A stretch of DNA of 64,000 nucleotides, from assembly GCF_018977255.1 (NCBI RefSeq), contig NW_024704751.1:9796001-9860000 (forward strand), read 5' to 3'. Below, one piece after another: positions 38,901 through 50,920 of this stretch. The DNA is from Callorhinchus milii (taxonomy: Eukaryota). A program made the translations under genes and the position numbers. How positions within the stretch are numbered: the first letter of the stretch is position 1; every line of letters begins with the position of its first letter. The notes under the pieces were generated by a model. It was given only the letters and a program-made list of their open reading frames with translations. It was not told the origin of the DNA and searched no databases.

Positions 38901-41900
38901 TACGTGAAAGGCGTGTAGTTTGTTGTTGTTATTCCCTGTATGTGTAATTCTGTCCCAGATTAGTCTACAGTCTAATAGAAGAAAGAGGATTGCCAGTAAT
39001 TTCTTACCCTCTTCCACTGGCTGATCTCTCTCTGCCTTGTCGACCCGAACTGGAGTGGAGGCGTTTGACCTTTGAACTTCTTCCTCTCTGTGAGCGAAAA
39101 TCATAGGAGAGATTTGTACAGTTTATACTAAATCCAAACATACATTAATGTCTCACCTTATAGTCCAATATAATCCAATCGGGTCAGTCAATAAGGAAAA
39201 CCAAGAAATGTGAGCAAAACAGGGTAATGCACCATCCTGTCACCACCGGGACTTGGGGTCCAATTCAGCCCAGATCATGGATGAACATCTCCCCTGATGA
39301 CTGCAAGAGTCCTATGAATTTGCATGATTTCAGCTTGCCAGTCTGCTTTGTGCCAAGTTGTTGTGACTCCTCAGCACAAAGCAGACAAAGACAGTTGACA
39401 GTCACAGAAAGCTTCAACGGGCAGAAAAAGTCTCCATTGTTATGGGGGGGGGGGGGGGGGGAAGAGAGCACAAGGAGCATTTTCCTCCAAGTTCAAGCTG
39501 TATCTGACCTCAAACATGCTGATACCGGGTGTGCACAATGTCGAAAGTATCCACATAGCCGGGAACAGAGAAATCTCTCCCGCTGACCAGGACAAAAACA
39601 TGCAATTCAAAAAATTATTCACAAAGCAGCCAAGCCAACAGAAAGGCAAATGGAAACATAGTCAATTCACTTTACAGTATATTCTGTGAAACTCTTGAGA
39701 CATCTTGAGGATGTGATACGGCGCTATATCAAATGCAAGGATTATTATTATTATCAACAACCATGAAGTATGTTAGCCATTTGTAAATACTGTCTTAACA
39801 CTAACTCCAAGACTTCCAAGCATTTTGGGTGAGATACAAATTTATCAACCAGCACAAATAGACTGCTTGCACGAGACAAAGTAAATCCAGTGTTAATAAA
39901 GAGATTTAAAAACATTGGTCAAACCCACCCAACTAGTTTCCAGCTGATTTCAAATCCAAAGGAAACAACAAGCTAAGTGGATAGGTAACCAAGTGGCTTA
40001 GTCCCACACAGCACGACTGACTCCTGGCTCAGTTCTTTTGATTAAAGTATCTGACAATCGTTTTCAATTGTGTCAGATCTTGTGAGACATAATAACCAGT
40101 ATTGCAATCAATAAAATGCCAGCCTCTGATCCGAAAAACCACTGGAGGAAAGAACGACACAATTCCTCAAAAGGGAAACTGTATCCCACCCACGACATCC
40201 CAATCAGGAATCATTGCAGTCATTGTCCGGGCCAATGGTAGACGTACACTATTGAAGGTGAAGGGGAAATGAGTTACCTTGATTTCTTGCCCGGTCTCTC
40301 AGGTGTCTGTGAACGTGAAGACCCGGGGCTCGAGAGCGGAGATGCATTCCGAACAGAGAGATAGTGCTTCAAACCCTGTGGTCAGACAAGTCAGATTCAG
40401 AGTGCAGCTTATATAGTATACAGAATAAAAATCAACACAAGCCGTGATAATAAATAATAAAGCTTGAATTTCACATAGGACCTTACCTCTGGTTGAGTAT
40501 TACCCTTATCAAGCGCGTCACAGATTATACTATAAATTGAATCGACTGTATATTTGTGGGAAAAACGTGGCAGCAAATTGCACGCAGCAGCGTCCCACAA
40601 ACAGTCAAGGATTGGGTGATCCAATTCTTCCTCTTATTGTTTTTTTTAAAGGGATTATTATCCCTAGAAAAGCAATCCACCAATCTATTAACAACCGGGT
40701 TCCTACTTAATGCTAGATAAACCAAAGCGCGTGGAATAAGGAAACATTTCACCTTGCCCGGGTATCGAACCCAGGTCCTCTCGCTCGCGAGGCAAGTGCT
40801 CTAATCACTATGCTACAGGACTCTACAAACCTGCGTGTGGCCGCGGGTGGAACTGTAGGAGCTGAAGATGGGATTGCGAGCAGACGTAAGTGTCCCGCCC
40901 ACGTACATGCTGTTAAGCGAGCTGATGGATGACGTTCGTGACCGCTTGGAGACGGGGTCATCCGAGCACTGAGAGTTGGTGCCTCTCTTCAGGGTTCCAG
41001 GTCTGGAAAGAGGAAATGAAAATAATCAGGACAGAGACACAAGTGGATTCAGGACCAGAGTCACCATCTCCGGAAAGCGATCCACCAATCAACTAACAAC
41101 CGGGTTCCTACTTACTGCTAGATAAACAGAGGCTTTAATAAAATAAAACATTAAATCAATGGGGGCGGTGGGATTTCTCATCACCATTTAGAACAGTTTA
41201 CTCTGGACACTGTTCTGCCCATTCACTTGTGCTCAACTTACTTGGGAACTAACGAAGCTGGGGCTCCGTTAGCCAGGAGAGGTTCAAACGCAGACTGACC
41301 ACTTCCGCTGCTATCATGGCGCCTGGAAAAATAACAGGAAAAGAAAGCAACTGTTAAAGAATTCTCCAGACATTTCAGCCCAAGCTAAACATGTACCAAA
41401 CACATATGCGTGTGTAGGGTGGGGAGGAATAATAATAATCCTTGCATTTGATATAGCGCTTTTCACGTCTGGAGGACGTCCCAAAGCGCTTCACAGAACA
41501 CACTGTAAAGTGAATTGACTGTATATTTGTGGGCGAACGCGGCAGCCAATTGCGCACAGCAATGTCCCACAAACAGTCGTAGATTGAAAATGACCAATTT
41601 ATTATTGTTTTTGGTTTTGGAGGGATTATTATTAGGCTCTGTGTGGAGTAAGGAAACTTGCCCAAGGTTTCGCCCTCTGCCTGGAATTGAACTCAGGTCT
41701 CTCGCTTGCAAAGCGAGTGCTCTAACCACTGAGCTACAGGACTCCAAATAAGACAGGAACGGGTTTGGCTTCAGTCCACTCGTAACTTCATAAATCTATC
41801 CCCACCCAACTCATACCTGCGTTTGTTCTCCTGCTCAGAAATCAGTATTCTTTCCCCTTCGTCCACCATTCTTTTTCTGCTCTCCTTGAGTGCACTGAGC

Positions 41901-44900
41901 ACAGTTTCCTTTGAGCAAGGGTCAGTTAGAGGAGGCAGAACTGGGGAGAGCATCATATGCGCGAACCTGCAAAGATGATGAATGGTTTATGATGAATTCC
42001 AGCTTCCACACATCCAACAACAGACGAGCTGAACACTTTATAGAACGTTATAGCAAGGTTTCTACAATCCAAAGATCATAGTTTTGGACAAATACTTGTC
42101 ACAGTGACTATTACAACAATTCAACCACTGCATCAAAATCATCTTTAAGAAACTTAGCTTCCCAAGTGAACATAACGGATTAAAATCACACACAACAAGG
42201 AAATCCGAATTAGTGGCTAGACATTTGTCAGATCAGGGTATCAAGGTATATGGGGCGAGGGCGGGTAATTGGAGTTGAGGTTCAGATCAGCCATGATCTT
42301 ATAGAATGGCGGAACAGGCTCAAGGGGCTGAACGGCCTTGGTGCAAAAAAAGGCAGGTTTCAAATGCTGAATCTGTCCTGAAGTTGAACTCTTGTGTACA
42401 CTCTGTGCCTTTCCTCACCAACCTGCAGCTCACTTTACACAGTACGCAGGCCCCACCTGTTGTTAACTCCAGTTGACTTGGATTTGGCCATCCAGCAATA
42501 AGCTGTTAGCCAGCATCTGGCTGACTGTATACTGGAGCAGCTGTTAGCAAAAACGGTCACTGCTAGAACACAAATGAGTTGCTTCAGAAATCAATGACCC
42601 TTCATTGAAATCAAGGCTAGCGGCAAGAACACCATCTAATGCATTTAGTACTGCAGAACTCCACCAGCAGATTGACTAACACAAGAGGTACTGGGTCGAT
42701 TCTGGGTGAAGAAAGCTGCCTCTTAACAGTATTTTTTTTGGTCAGCTGGTTGTCTTGACACATGCAGAAGCTCATCACCATGCTTAAGAGTATTCAAACC
42801 AAGCTGAGAATACCATACATGTGGAACACACACCACCTACACATGGAAATCTCAGAGATAGGTTGGAATGGAACCAAAATACTGCAGATGCTGGAAATCT
42901 GAAACAAAAACAGAGATCCCAGCGATCTCCATTTTTTCCGGAAAGTATTAGGCGCAGATTGGCAAGAGCCAAGGCTTGGGGACCCCAGAGTTTGCTGAGT
43001 TGGATGACTCCCTGCCTCCAGTGACTGCCTTTCCAAGTCCTGCAGATGAGCCAGGACTGTGCGGTCATCAGCATTGCCCTAGAATACTGTATTTCACAGA
43101 TGAAGGGAAGCATTGTCGCACCCCACCATCCGCCACACACACACTACACACACATGAAGCAGCATTGGCTGTGGCCATCTGCCTGCATACGTTCCTCTCC
43201 ATCCGGCAGCAACTGACCTTTTGAAATCGCTATCTTAGATTGTGAACCAACTGAAGCAGTAAAGATGGCCACAGGGCTACATGCTAGTACTTGGCGGAAT
43301 AGAAAGCGCTCCTGGTCCAACGCACTGCACCACCAAACAGTGTGACTCAGCAAAGCCTCTTATGGTTTATGACAAGATAACTCCACCCCTTAATGTAGTA
43401 TTGCTTTGTGCTGCAGACAGCTCTATCCTATTTAACAGCCTCAATAATGAAACTCAAGCCGTATTAAACCATTTTCAACACAGTAGGTTATTGGTTGGGA
43501 TTGGACAATTCTGCTTCCCTGAAATGAATTGGCTTTTACTTACAATTGAGACAGATTTACAAGCGGCATTTTTGCCACTGTGTTTAAGGGCACAGGAACA
43601 TTGCACTGAAACTGCATCTCACTGTTTAAACAGCATCATTACTGACAACTATTCATGTATTCAGAGCAAAGCCAATACAAGCACAAAACACACACAACTG
43701 TAGACAGGGAAATATTAAACCAGCACTGACTGGTAAACGCTCGCTCACAATTCCACAAGATTAGTAAAAATGGATTCCACTTTGAACATAAAATCTAATC
43801 TCAAGATATTCCCAGGGTATTTCCTGGTTATATGCTTATTCCCCCCAAAAAATTCTGTGGCTATCAGTTCTAGTGGCCGCAAATATTTCTGAAAAAAAGC
43901 GAATCGCTGAAGAGCAGTTTGTAAATTTTTTTTAATATTACAAACTATTGTTTTTTGTAAATGTTTATGAAAAAATTTGGTGCTAATCTAAAAGCATTTC
44001 TTGTCACCCACAGGAGAACAGAGAGATTTTATAGCTAGCATAGCAGGTAAGAAAGTTCGATTTAAAATGAAAACAGATTTTAACAGGGTTTAATTGGGGA
44101 GTTTTAAATTTATTAGAAGGCTTTTAAAACTGCTACATACACTTGCTGTCGAAGAGGAAGGTCTTCAGGGGCGACCTGAAGATGGGGAAGGAGGGGGCAA
44201 GTTGTCTTCAGTGGTCAAGGTGAGTGTATTTCTTTTGACAGATGAAAAGAGTATCAATGGCAATGAGGCACAAACTCATATTGATGACTCTCCGGTTGGG
44301 ACTAACCACACTGTGCTGCTGGAGACAATACTGGATTCTCGCAGATTTCAAACAGATCAGGATTAATCCCAACAGTTGCATTATCCTCAATGCAGTGAGG
44401 ATGTAAAGCAGAAACAAAACCATGACAAGATCAAGTCTCTCAATGTAACAAGAGAAATCAGGTAAAGAACCCATCAGCTGTATGCTACAAAAGATTGGAA
44501 CACGAACCCATTCATTCCACTTCAATGACCTGGGAAAGCACCAAGAAATATTTAATTTGGAAGAAAGCGAGTACTTACAAAGGTGATCGGATTATACTAG
44601 CATCGGGGCGCGCAATTTTGACAGTCACTGGGCTGTGTACCATGGTTGAGTTTCTGGAGGACAAAACATTCTTCTTCTGGTAGCCATCCCACCGCACGGT
44701 TGGCAGAGTCCCAGGGATGGAGTACTGCAACTGCTGGATTGGATACCGTCGGCGGGGAGTGGCTGCAAATCGGTTTGCTGAAGCCAGGTGTTCCCTAGAA
44801 CAGACGAGAAGATAATAAAGCACCAATTTGGCAGCAATTTCCACCCTGCAGTTACAGACTTTTACAAGGTACAATTCCAAATCCCAGAGCAGCAACACTA

Positions 44901-47900
44901 TCCAAAACCTCACCAAGAAGCTGCTACTGAACAACATGCATTAATATAGTGCCCTTCACACAAAGTACTGTCTTGAAGCACTTAACAGCGATGAAGCTTT
45001 ACATCAATCCTACTATGATTGTATTAGGCATGGTCAAAGAAGGTCTTCAGGTGTGATCTGCAGACTGGCAAGGAGGGGGCACTCACAATTCATATGCAAG
45101 CCTGGAAAATGAATATTAATAGTAATCTTTGCATTTGATATAGCGCCTTATCACGTCTTTGAGATGGCTTTAGAATATAAAGTGAATTGACTGTGTATTT
45201 TGTAGGAGAAACACTGCAGCGAATTGCGCACAATTGATGCGTAGCTCTCTTTAAAATTGGGTTATCCTCTGTACATTTAAGTATAGTATACATATTGCCA
45301 ACTCCTGTGATGTTGATGTATGTTTACAACTGCCAAATTGTCCGATTCCTACACAAAATGTGGTCACTCAATCCGCAATACAATATTACATTTGTAAAGC
45401 GCCATTCACATTGGGAGGATGTCTCAAGGCGCTGGGCCATCCACGACGGTTTGTGGGACACTGCTGTGCGCAATTGGCTATACAATCTTTGGTAGAAAAA
45501 AATTAAACAAAGCTTCCGTCTAGTTTTGCACATGAACAATAAAGAACCCAACACCATTTTAATATTCTGACTGTATTCAAATTAGTCAGTAACTATTATC
45601 ACATGATTGCTGTTTATGTGGTTAGTGAAGATTAACTATAGCGGTGCCTATATATCACTTGAGTTAAAGGTAACTCGTTATGTGAAGTGCTTTAAGATAC
45701 ATTATGACGATAACATCATTTGATTTTACATCTATACATATAGACATTTGCCTTTGCCTACAAATTTGCCTCCAAAATAAGCGTTATTACACTTTACAAG
45801 TATAGCCTGTAAAGGGTTTAGAGACACCTTTTCCAATATGAAAGGCTCTATATCAAATGCAAAGATTATTATTCCATAATGTCAAAACTTCTCAATGCAC
45901 TTCACAGGTAATTGCTTTCATGTGACCATTTATCACCAATGTAGAAGGATATTATGATGATAAACATAAAATGCTCATTTATATTAAGGAAAGTTATTGG
46001 AAATGTAGGACAATAGTTATTTTCATAACTGCCCAAGTAAACCAACAAAAACATTGCATTTATATAGCACCACTCACACAGGGAAGCATCCCAAAGTGCT
46101 TCCTATTCAATACCCAAACCAACTGAATACAAAATGTTAAGCGATTGGATTAAAACTGGATGCAATAACAAATCTAGAAGAAACTACTGTTAAAAATAAT
46201 AAAATACTACACATGTCAGAAATGAAATACAATTCAAAGTAAAACAAAATCCCAAAATGACTAGATCAGTCAGCAAATGTGTTGGGAAGTGAAAGGCAGG
46301 CACAGACTTGAAATGAAACAAACATTTGATGATTTAACAGTCATTTTGAGAGCACATCAGGGAGCAGTACTCTTCTGTCGCAGGTGTGGTGTTAGTTACT
46401 GGGTGGAGACTCAGATGTATTCCAAAACATGGGAAATTCCTATTGTTTCACTCATCATATGAGGGTGAAATGTTAAACCCAGGTTCCCTCTGCTTGTTCA
46501 GATAGACGTTAAAGATCCCAACACTATTTGAGCACTCAATCCACGATTGTTTTTGGGACAATAGTGTGCGCAATTGGCTGCCGTGTTTCACCCACAAAAT
46601 ATACAGTCAATTTACTTAACAGTATATCCTGTGAAGCACTTTGGGACGTCTCAAAGACTTGATAAGACGCATTATCAAATGCAAGGATTATTATCATTAA
46701 TTATTTGAAGAAAGAAGTTTCTCCTTGTGACCTGGATAACAGGCCCACTGATAAAATTGTGACCATCTTGTGCCTGTTTTGAAGTAAAGCTAGAGGATGT
46801 TGAGGAAGCATGTAACATTGCTTCACTCATTGCGTCTTAATTTTTTGGTTTGGTTTCGGAGTGAAAAGTTGACCCCAATCTTTAAAGGTTTAACTGCTCA
46901 ACTATGTTTGTTTCTGCTCTGTGTTTTATTGTGGTTTTAACAGTTCTCGTCGGACGAGTCTTGACTCGGAAACAGGTGCACCTGTGTGAAATAAGTGTTG
47001 TGGCTAACTGGAAATATGAGGGTCATGAAAAAGCAAAAGGCAACCAAAATCTATTTTACAATGAACATGAGCAACAGTCTTAAACTCCATCCTTGTGATA
47101 ACAAATCAGATGGGATTAATCTATCACCTTTGTTGGAATGTTAAATCTTAAATTATTTGAAAAACTTGTCTCCTTACTGGGCCGTTAAAAATTATAAACG
47201 CTTGTCAGTGCCGAATTAGCTAATCTATTAAATTTGCAGCTCACAAGGAGGCCATTCAGACTATGAAGAGAAGGGAGTTTCTCTCCCCTGGTGTCCTGGT
47301 CAACAATACCCCAAATAAAAAAAATTGGCCTTTCATTTCATGGGACAGTGATGTACGCAGAGGACATCGGTTTGATTCCCGGGCAGGATAAAATGTTGAC
47401 AACTTTCCTTCCTCCACACAGGGAAAGGGGTAATAAACCCTTCATAAAATAAATAATAATATGGTGACTCAATCCATGACTGTTTGTGGGTCATTGCTGT
47501 AATTAAATGGCTGCCGTGTTTCGCCCACAAAATACAGTCCATTCACTTTACAATATATTCTGTGAGGCGCTTTGAGATATCTCAAAGACATGATAAAGTG
47601 CTATATTAAATACATGGATTATTACAATACATGTGTTTCTCTCTCCTCCTTTGCTTGATTGCCGATGTAATAACTCTTCCCTTTTTCCCCTTCACTGAGA
47701 ATTATTATTATTATAATAATATATGAACAAGCTGACTTCATTTCATACAGTTGGCACATGACAACAACAACAACAACAACATTCCACTTATAGAGCGCCT
47801 TTCAGTCGGGAGGACGTCCCAAGGCGCTGTGAACGAGGAGTTAAACCCCTGTGCGTTGGTACGTGACCCTAATTAAATCTGATCAAGCATAGGGTTTCTT

Positions 47901-48971
47901 AGCAAATTACGGATGAACTTTCTTGGTTGATTTAATTGGATGGGCGTGCGGTAGGCTTTGCGGGACACTGACGTGCGCAACTGGCCGCCGCGTCCCGCCC
48001 CACAAAATACAGCCCCAAAACCCTGCGATGCGCTGTGAGACGTCTCGATAGAGGCACTGTATCCCCGATGCAAGAATTATTAATAATGAGGGAATTATTA
48101 ATAATGAGGACCAGGTTTATTTAACTGAGACAGTTGTATGGCAGACGAGGGTTTGTTTAAGCTGATGCTCATGTTGGGAATGGAAACGTCTCTCTCTCTC
48201 TCTCTCTCTCTAACGCTCAGTCCCCTGGGGGTGGGGGGTGGGGGGGGGGGAGGGTCGGCCAAGCTCCCATGTGTGGGGAGAGGGTCAGTCAGACTCGGTC
48301 ACTTACCCAAATGACAGTCTCTTGTGGGGGGTCTGGACGAGCGGATTCGGCCGCTTGTAGCGTCTCCTCAGCTCCTTGGAGCTGATGTCCGGCTGTGTCG
48401 GGCTCTCCTTCGACAGGAAGCTGCCCATCATGACCTCGGGCGGGCTGCTCCGGCTCTCGCCGCCGGCCTGCAGAGAGTCGCAGGTCACCTCCCACGGCCA
48501 GCAGTCGGCTCGGGCCCGACCGCGGCCCGGGTTGGGGCTCTTCCCACCACCGGGCAACGCCGCCGCCGCCTGAGGCCTGCCTCGGCCGGGCCTGTTCCTG
48601 CTCCTCCCGCCTTTCCTCCTCCCCTGAGCGGCGGCGGCGGCGCCTCCACCACCACCACCACCACCACCGTTCAACTTGCTGTGCACCACTCCCGCCAACA
48701 GCGTCCCGGGCAGCCACGCTCTGAGGCGGCTGAGGTAAAATCGAGTCCCGGGCTTGAGGCCCAGACCCGGCGTCGCCGTCTGATGATGAGGAGGCGGAGG
48801 CGACGAGCGAGAGAAGAAGGCGGCGGCGGCGGCGGCGGCCAGCAGCAGCACCAGGCCCAGCAGCAGCAGCCGCAGACACCACCAGCCGCCTAACGAGCAC
48901 AGCGAGAGGAGTAAAGCGCAGCTCAGCCCCGCCGCCCAGGTCACCAGCGAGCGCTTGCGTGCGGGAGACAT
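32927..48971 (-). CDS. POM121: Nuclear envelope pore membrane protein POM121, 14 exons, 1337 aa
   Basis: Exons in transcript order: 48307-48971, 44579-44794, 41817-41966, 41242-41322, 40831-41002, 40278-40375, 39008-39087, 38613-38737, 38142-38244, 37484-37726, 35074-36894, 34250-34288, 33393-33527, 32927-33012 (4014 nt). N-terminal hydrophobic segment, PRRRYPI..SPVTVKIARPD, DPCSKETVLSALKE, KRRRHDSSGSG, PPPPQLGYTIT, long S/T-rich FG exon, C-terminus GARQRLQARRQHQRKR. Confidence 0.95.
33580..33870. mobile_element. Penelope-type repeat remnant with an internal inverted repeat
   Basis: 33580-33700 is the reverse complement of the 18100-18225 element. Arms 33700-33752 and 33815-33868 are imperfect inverted repeats. 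Confidence 0.6.
34717..35025 (+). mobile_element. SINE, short subfamily
   Basis: GGAGTCCTGTAGCTCAGTGGTTAGAGCAC head; diagnostic junction CCACACAGAGCCTAATAATAA. Confidence 0.88.
35074..36894 (-). CDS. POM121: POM121 large FG-repeat exon (1821 nt)
   Basis: Lies within ORF 35066..36961. Many FxFG/FG motifs. Phase 1-1; acceptor after a long pyrimidine tract at 36895-36915. Confidence 0.93.
40485..40823 (-). mobile_element. SINE starting about 8 nt downstream of a POM121 donor
   Basis: Head begins at about 40823; donor at 40830. Confidence 0.85.
41428..41746 (-). mobile_element. SINE, short subfamily
   Basis: Same diagnostic junction as 34717-35025 and 49780-50086. Confidence 0.88.
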
Positions 48972-49220
48972 GGCGGCTGCGGCTGAGGCGGCTTCAATGC
49001 CGTCGTCTCCTTCTGCCCCATTCTCCTCGCGGCCAGTCCGCCATTACCTGACTCTCTCTCCCGCCCGCGCGCGCAAGCCATTACCCCCTCCCCCCCCCCG
49101 GCGGCGGCGTCGCTCCCCCGCCGGGCGTGCTGACGCAGAGCCGTGCGTGTCTCCTGAACTTACGTGGATGCATGCGTCGCCCCGGGCAACGGCGAGCCCG
49201 GCGTGGCGTGGCGTACCGTG

Positions 49221-49320
49221 CCGTGCGTGCCTCTGCTGTGTGACGTCGCCGTGCGTGCCTCTGCTGTGTGACGTCGCCGTGCGTGCCTCTGCTGTGTGAC
49301 GTCGCCGTGCGTGCCTCTGC
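49221..49320. repeat. 28-bp tandem repeat, about 3.5 copies, each full unit with a CRE-like TGACGTC
   Basis: CCGTGCGTGCCTCTGCTGTGTGACGTCG at 49221, 49249 and 49277; partial copy at 49305. Confidence 0.92.
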
Positions 49321-49779
49321 GTTGCGACGCAGGGTTGGCTGCCTGCGCCGCGCTGCACTGCGCACGCGCAGACCCAGGTTGCCCCCCCCCCCTCAGGGAA
49401 GATGATAATAATAGTCACTAAAGGAGAAACTCCTTCTTCTCACTTCAAATAATAATAATAATCCTTCCATTTGACCCCCGTCTTCGAGGCGTCTCAAGGC
49501 GCTTCGCAGGATACGCCGTCAAGTGTAGTGACTGTGTATTTTGTGGGCGAAACGCGGCGGCCGATCGCGCCCGGCGACGTCCACCCCACCCCCCCCCACC
49601 CACCAAACAGCCATGGTTAGTCACGGACTTCCGACACTTGTCAAGCGCTCTGGGACGCTACCCCGCATGAGGGGCTACATAAGGACATGAGAAATAGGAG
49701 CAGGAGTAGGCCATTCGGCCCCTCAAGCCTGTGCCCCGCCATTTAATAATATCATGGCTGATCTTCTCACCTCATTATA

Positions 49780-50086
49780 ATAATAATAATCCTTGTATTT
49801 GATATAGCGCTTTTCACGTCTTCTCGACGTCCCAAAGCGCTTCACAGAATATGCTGTAAAGTGAATTGACTGTACATTTGTGGGCGAACGCGGCAGCCAA
49901 TTGCGCACAGCAATGTCCCACAAACAGTCGTGGATTGAAAATGACCAATTTATTATTGATTTATTATTAGGCTCTGTGTGGAGTAAGGAAACTTGCCCAA
50001 GGTTTGGCCCTCTGCCTGGAATTGAACTCAGGTACTCTCACTTGCAAAGCGAGTGCTCCAACCACTGAGCTACAGCTACAGGACTC
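49780..50086 (-). mobile_element. SINE, short subfamily
   Basis: Nearly identical to 41428-41746. Confidence 0.88.
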
Positions 50087-50561
50087 ATTCCATTTCCCCG
50101 CCCTATCCCCGTATCCCTTAATGCGTTTTTAAAAATCTATCGATCTACATAAACGCAAGTTTTTGCTGTTATTTTTTTTCAGAGGGATTATTAACCCCCA
50201 GAAAAGCGATCCGCCGCCAATCGGCTAAGGCCGTGGATACCGGAGCAATGGATAACATTGGCCACCAGGTGGCCAGAGATTCCTGGCAGAATTCCCGAGA
50301 GAAGAACGGCAAACGTCGATGGCAAAGTCACACCAGAGAGGTTTGGGTGAAGAAGGCACTTTGACCTATTTGCTTTCATCCTTTTTTTCCCTTCCAGAAC
50401 ATGCACCCGCCCATTATGAATGTCACTGTGTGCCACAAACAGGCCATTTGGCCCATCAAATATTTTTCTCCGACAAATCGAAAACAACTCTTTTTTTTAT
50501 ACGGTTTTTTAAGCATCCATCTAATTTCCTTTTGAAAGGATTTATAACTCTGTTATTAATG

Positions 50562-50920
50562 TGGAGTCCCGTAGTTTAGTGGTTAGCGCACTCGCCTCGC
50601 AAGCGAGAGGACCTGGGTTTGATTCCCAGGCAGGGTGAAACGTGAGGCAAGTTTCCTTACTCCGTGTATCTCTGTTTACCTAGTAGTAAGTAGGAACCCA
50701 GTTGTTAGCTGATTGGCAGATTGCTTTCTGGGGTTAATATTTCCTTAAAACAAATGTGGTCACTCAATCCATGACTGTTTGTGGGACGCTGCTGTGTGTA
50801 ATGGGCTGCCGCGTTTTGGCCACAAATTTCACAATCAATTCACTTTATATTTTGTGAAAACTCTTTGAGACGTCTCAATGACGTGATAAGGCACTGTATC
50901 AAACGCACAGATTATTATTA
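50562..50920 (+). mobile_element. SINE, full length
   Basis: Head with CCTCGCAAG anticodon-like loop; central and tail blocks present. Confidence 0.88.

Noticed and set aside
41375-41751. Recurrent short ORFs ending CKDYYY or starting ESCSSVVRALA
   Set aside because: Translations of SINE copies, not genes.
43015-43075. CTGATGA..stem..GAAA on minus as a hammerhead or C/D snoRNA
   Set aside because: Stem II is not adjacent to the core, stems I and III do not form, and there is no terminal stem with a nearby D box.
49221-49320. 28-bp repeats as a CRISPR array
   Set aside because: No spacers and no cas genes; vertebrate promoter VNTR.
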